Below are positions 14,427-16,000 of a DNA stretch of 16,000 nucleotides, piece after piece. Origin of the DNA: Poriferisphaera sp. WC338 (GTDB lineage Bacteria > Planctomycetota > Phycisphaerae > Phycisphaerales > Phycisphaeraceae); assembly GCF_050931845.1 (NCBI RefSeq), contig NZ_CP194516.1:2858017-2874016 (forward strand). Direction: 5' to 3'. The notes under the pieces were generated by a model, which worked only from the letters and a program-made list of their open reading frames with translations, was not told the origin of the DNA and did not search any database. Every line of letters begins with the position of its first letter. Positions within the stretch are counted from its first letter, which is position 1. Made by a program: the position numbers and the translations under genes.

Positions 14427-15401
14427 ATGCTAAAGTACCGCCTCATCTTTGGTCCGATCATGATTTTAGGATTGATCGCACTGATTTATTTCGATAACAA
14501 GCTCGACGACATCAATCTGCAAGGCACGTTTTTGCAGCCGATGTTTCTGGGGCGGACATATCTGCCAGCAGGATTGATCATGTTGGGGCTTTTTCTGGTG
14601 CTGATCTCACTGGCGGTGCGTGAGATCATCCACATGTTTCGGGCTAAGGGATTAGCACCGGACGGGCTGATGATCTGGCTTTCTGGGATCATTGGCTGCT
14701 CGCTCATCTATATCATCCCGTTCCAAACCGATTCACAGACCACGATCGCGATCTATGCTTCGTTCATGGTTCTCTTGTTCATGTTCACATTGATCCGACT
14801 AGCGATCCGGAAGATGACGACCGGAGCGTTGATTGCGGGGTCGCTGACGATGTTTGGGTTTTTGTATCTGGGCGTTTTGCCCGGGTTTTACCTTGCGATT
14901 CGGCGATGGCATTCGGCATGGGTCATTGCGGCCATCATCCTGATCATCAAATCGTGTGATATTGGCGCATACTTCACAGGATGTTCGATTGGGAAACACA
15001 AAATGATTCCGTGGCTGTCACCAAAAAAATCATGGGAAGGTTTGGTCGGTGGCATCTTGTTTTCAGGATTGGTCGCGGTGGGGCTGACGGCACTGGGCAA
15101 TTATCTAGGCGTCACGGGCAAATGGATGGGTGGCGGGGCGGATGGGGGTGACCGATTTTTCCAAGCACATCATTATCCGCTGTGGTTTGCGTTTGTGGTG
15201 GGGGTGCTGTTCGGGCTGCTTGGTCAGGCGGGCGACCTTACGGCAAGCATGTTCAAACGGGATGCAGCCATCAAGGATTCGGGGTCGTTTGTGCCGGGAT
15301 TTGGCGGGCTGATTGATATCTTGGATTCGCCGGTCTTGGTAGCCCCATTTGCGTATTGGGTACTGATCATCGCTGAGCAACTGTCACACGTTGGGGGATA
15401 G
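14427..15401 (+). CDS. cdsA: phosphatidate cytidylyltransferase (CDP-diglyceride synthase)
   Basis: 324 aa. The N-terminus MLKYRLI is identical to E. coli CdsA as I recall it. SCDIGAYFTGCSIGKHKMIPWLSPKKSWEG and SMFKRDAAIKDSGSFVPGFGGLIDILDS match the CdsA core and signature region. The track's upstream extension to 14133 is rejected. Confidence 0.9.
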   Translation: MLKYRLIFGPIMILGLIALIYFDNKLDDINLQGTFLQPMFLGRTYLPAGLIMLGLFLVLISLAVREIIHMFRAKGLAPDGLMIWLSGIIGCSLIYIIPFQTDSQTTIAIYASFMVLLFMFTLIRLAIRKMTTGALIAGSLTMFGFLYLGVLPGFYLAIRRWHSAWVIAAIILIIKSCDIGAYFTGCSIGKHKMIPWLSPKKSWEGLVGGILFSGLVAVGLTALGNYLGVTGKWMGGGADGGDRFFQAHHYPLWFAFVVGVLFGLLGQAGDLTASMFKRDAAIKDSGSFVPGFGGLIDILDSPVLVAPFAYWVLIIAEQLSHVGG

Positions 15402-15657
15402 AAAAATAACCCCGAATTGGTAGGGAATGCCTCAGAATGGCTTCACAAGGTCGTTTCACGGTCATTTCCGGGCAGTGAAAAGTAAAAACGCCAAAAAAAT
15501 TCCGGATTAGGGCTGGCATGTATCAACCAGCGGCCACAATTGACGATATGATATAGGCAGCTTCGGGAGTCACGAAGCTGGATCTGCACGCGCCAAAATG
15601 CCCCCGTAGATCCATGTACATGTTGTTTTTGATTTTGGATTATTTGGAGATCCGACC

Positions 15658-16000
15658 ATCGCTAGACGATTTAGACCGCAGCAGAAAGACACAGGCAAAC
15701 GCCTTCGTGTCAATGACCAGATTCGCATTTCTCCCATTCGACTGATCTCAGAGGATAATGAGCAATTAGGCGTTGTCGCGCTTGATGACGCAAAACGTCG
15801 TGCGCGCGAAAACAATCTGGATCTGGTGGAAGTATCACCGAACTCTGAACCATCGGTCTGCCGCATTATGGATTACGGCAAATGGAAATATGCTCAGAAA
15901 AAGAAAGAGCAGAAAGCCAAGTCGCACGCCAAGCAGAGCGAAATCAAAGGCATGCGTCTGCGTCCAAAGATCGACAAGCACGACCTCGATATCAAGGTTG
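15658..16000 (+). CDS. infC: translation initiation factor IF-3, 5' part (runs off the window), non-canonical ATC start
   Basis: Frame-1 translation gives [87 protein letters not shown]...[17 protein letters not shown]. This closely follows the IF-3 N-domain and linker (compare [26 protein letters not shown]). No in-frame ATG, GTG or TTG lies between the upstream stop (15607-15609) and the conserved domain. ATC at 15658 sits 7 nt after GGAGA (15646-15650). Confidence 0.85.
   Translation, partial: [114 protein letters not shown]

Noticed and set aside
15570-15866. 98-aa minus-strand ORF at the right end of the window
   Set aside because: It is antisense to an unmistakable IF-3 coding sequence on the plus strand, and its translation is Ser/Arg-rich with no motif.
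1-16000. Search by eye for CRISPR arrays, tRNA or rRNA genes, IS elements, integrases, phage genes, toxin-antitoxin pairs or known defence-system signatures
   Set aside because: I saw no regularly spaced direct repeats and no tRNA-like T-arm or acceptor structures in the few intergenic gaps. I also saw no transposase, integrase or nuclease motifs in any ORF. The window looks like core chromosome rather than a mobile island. A computational repeat or covariance scan would be needed to exclude small elements.

Overview
Densely coding chromosomal window of roughly 50% GC. I see no rRNA, tRNA, CRISPR array, transposase or integrase. I infer a Planctomycetota-like genome from a Planctomycete-cytochrome-c-type CxxCH protein, a Gfo/Idh/MocA oxidoreductase and an ExbB/ExbD+TPR cluster. 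No database search was possible, so every family call comes from motifs read in the supplied translations.

Gene layout:
- 1-318 (+): partial 3' end of an unknown gene.
- 313-6656 (-): six-gene operon of membrane-anchored vWA protein, ExbB/TolQ, ExbD, ExbD, a 926-aa TPR-like protein and an ArsC/Spx-like protein.
- 6888-7970 (+): Gfo/Idh/MocA oxidoreductase with a terminator.
- 8157-8618 (+): secreted cytochrome b562-like protein.
- 8692-9675 (+): c-type cytochrome fused to a 4-TM DUF2231-like domain.
- 9901-12326 (+): translationally coupled DUF4212 small subunit and sodium:solute symporter.
- 12347-12374: perfect bidirectional terminator.
- 12402-14240 (-): RDD-domain membrane protein with a large periplasmic N-terminal region.
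- 14427-15401 (+): cdsA.
- 15658-16000 (+): 5' part of infC. The ORF track missed it because it must start at a non-canonical codon.

The best candidate for an undescribed system is the minus-strand operon. It has a Ton/Tol-type proton-motive-force stator (one ExbB, two ExbD). The position normally held by tonB encodes a protein with a TonB/TolA-like SxxxH transmembrane anchor and a vWA/MIDAS domain in place of a TonB C-terminal domain. A giant TPR protein is translationally coupled to the second ExbD.

Secondary points:
- a b562 plus c-type-cytochrome/DUF2231 redox pair;
- a roughly 170-residue hydrophilic insertion with a DxNxDG loop in the symporter;
- a predicted leaderless cdsA with substitutions in the CdsA signature;
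- an ATC start codon for infC.
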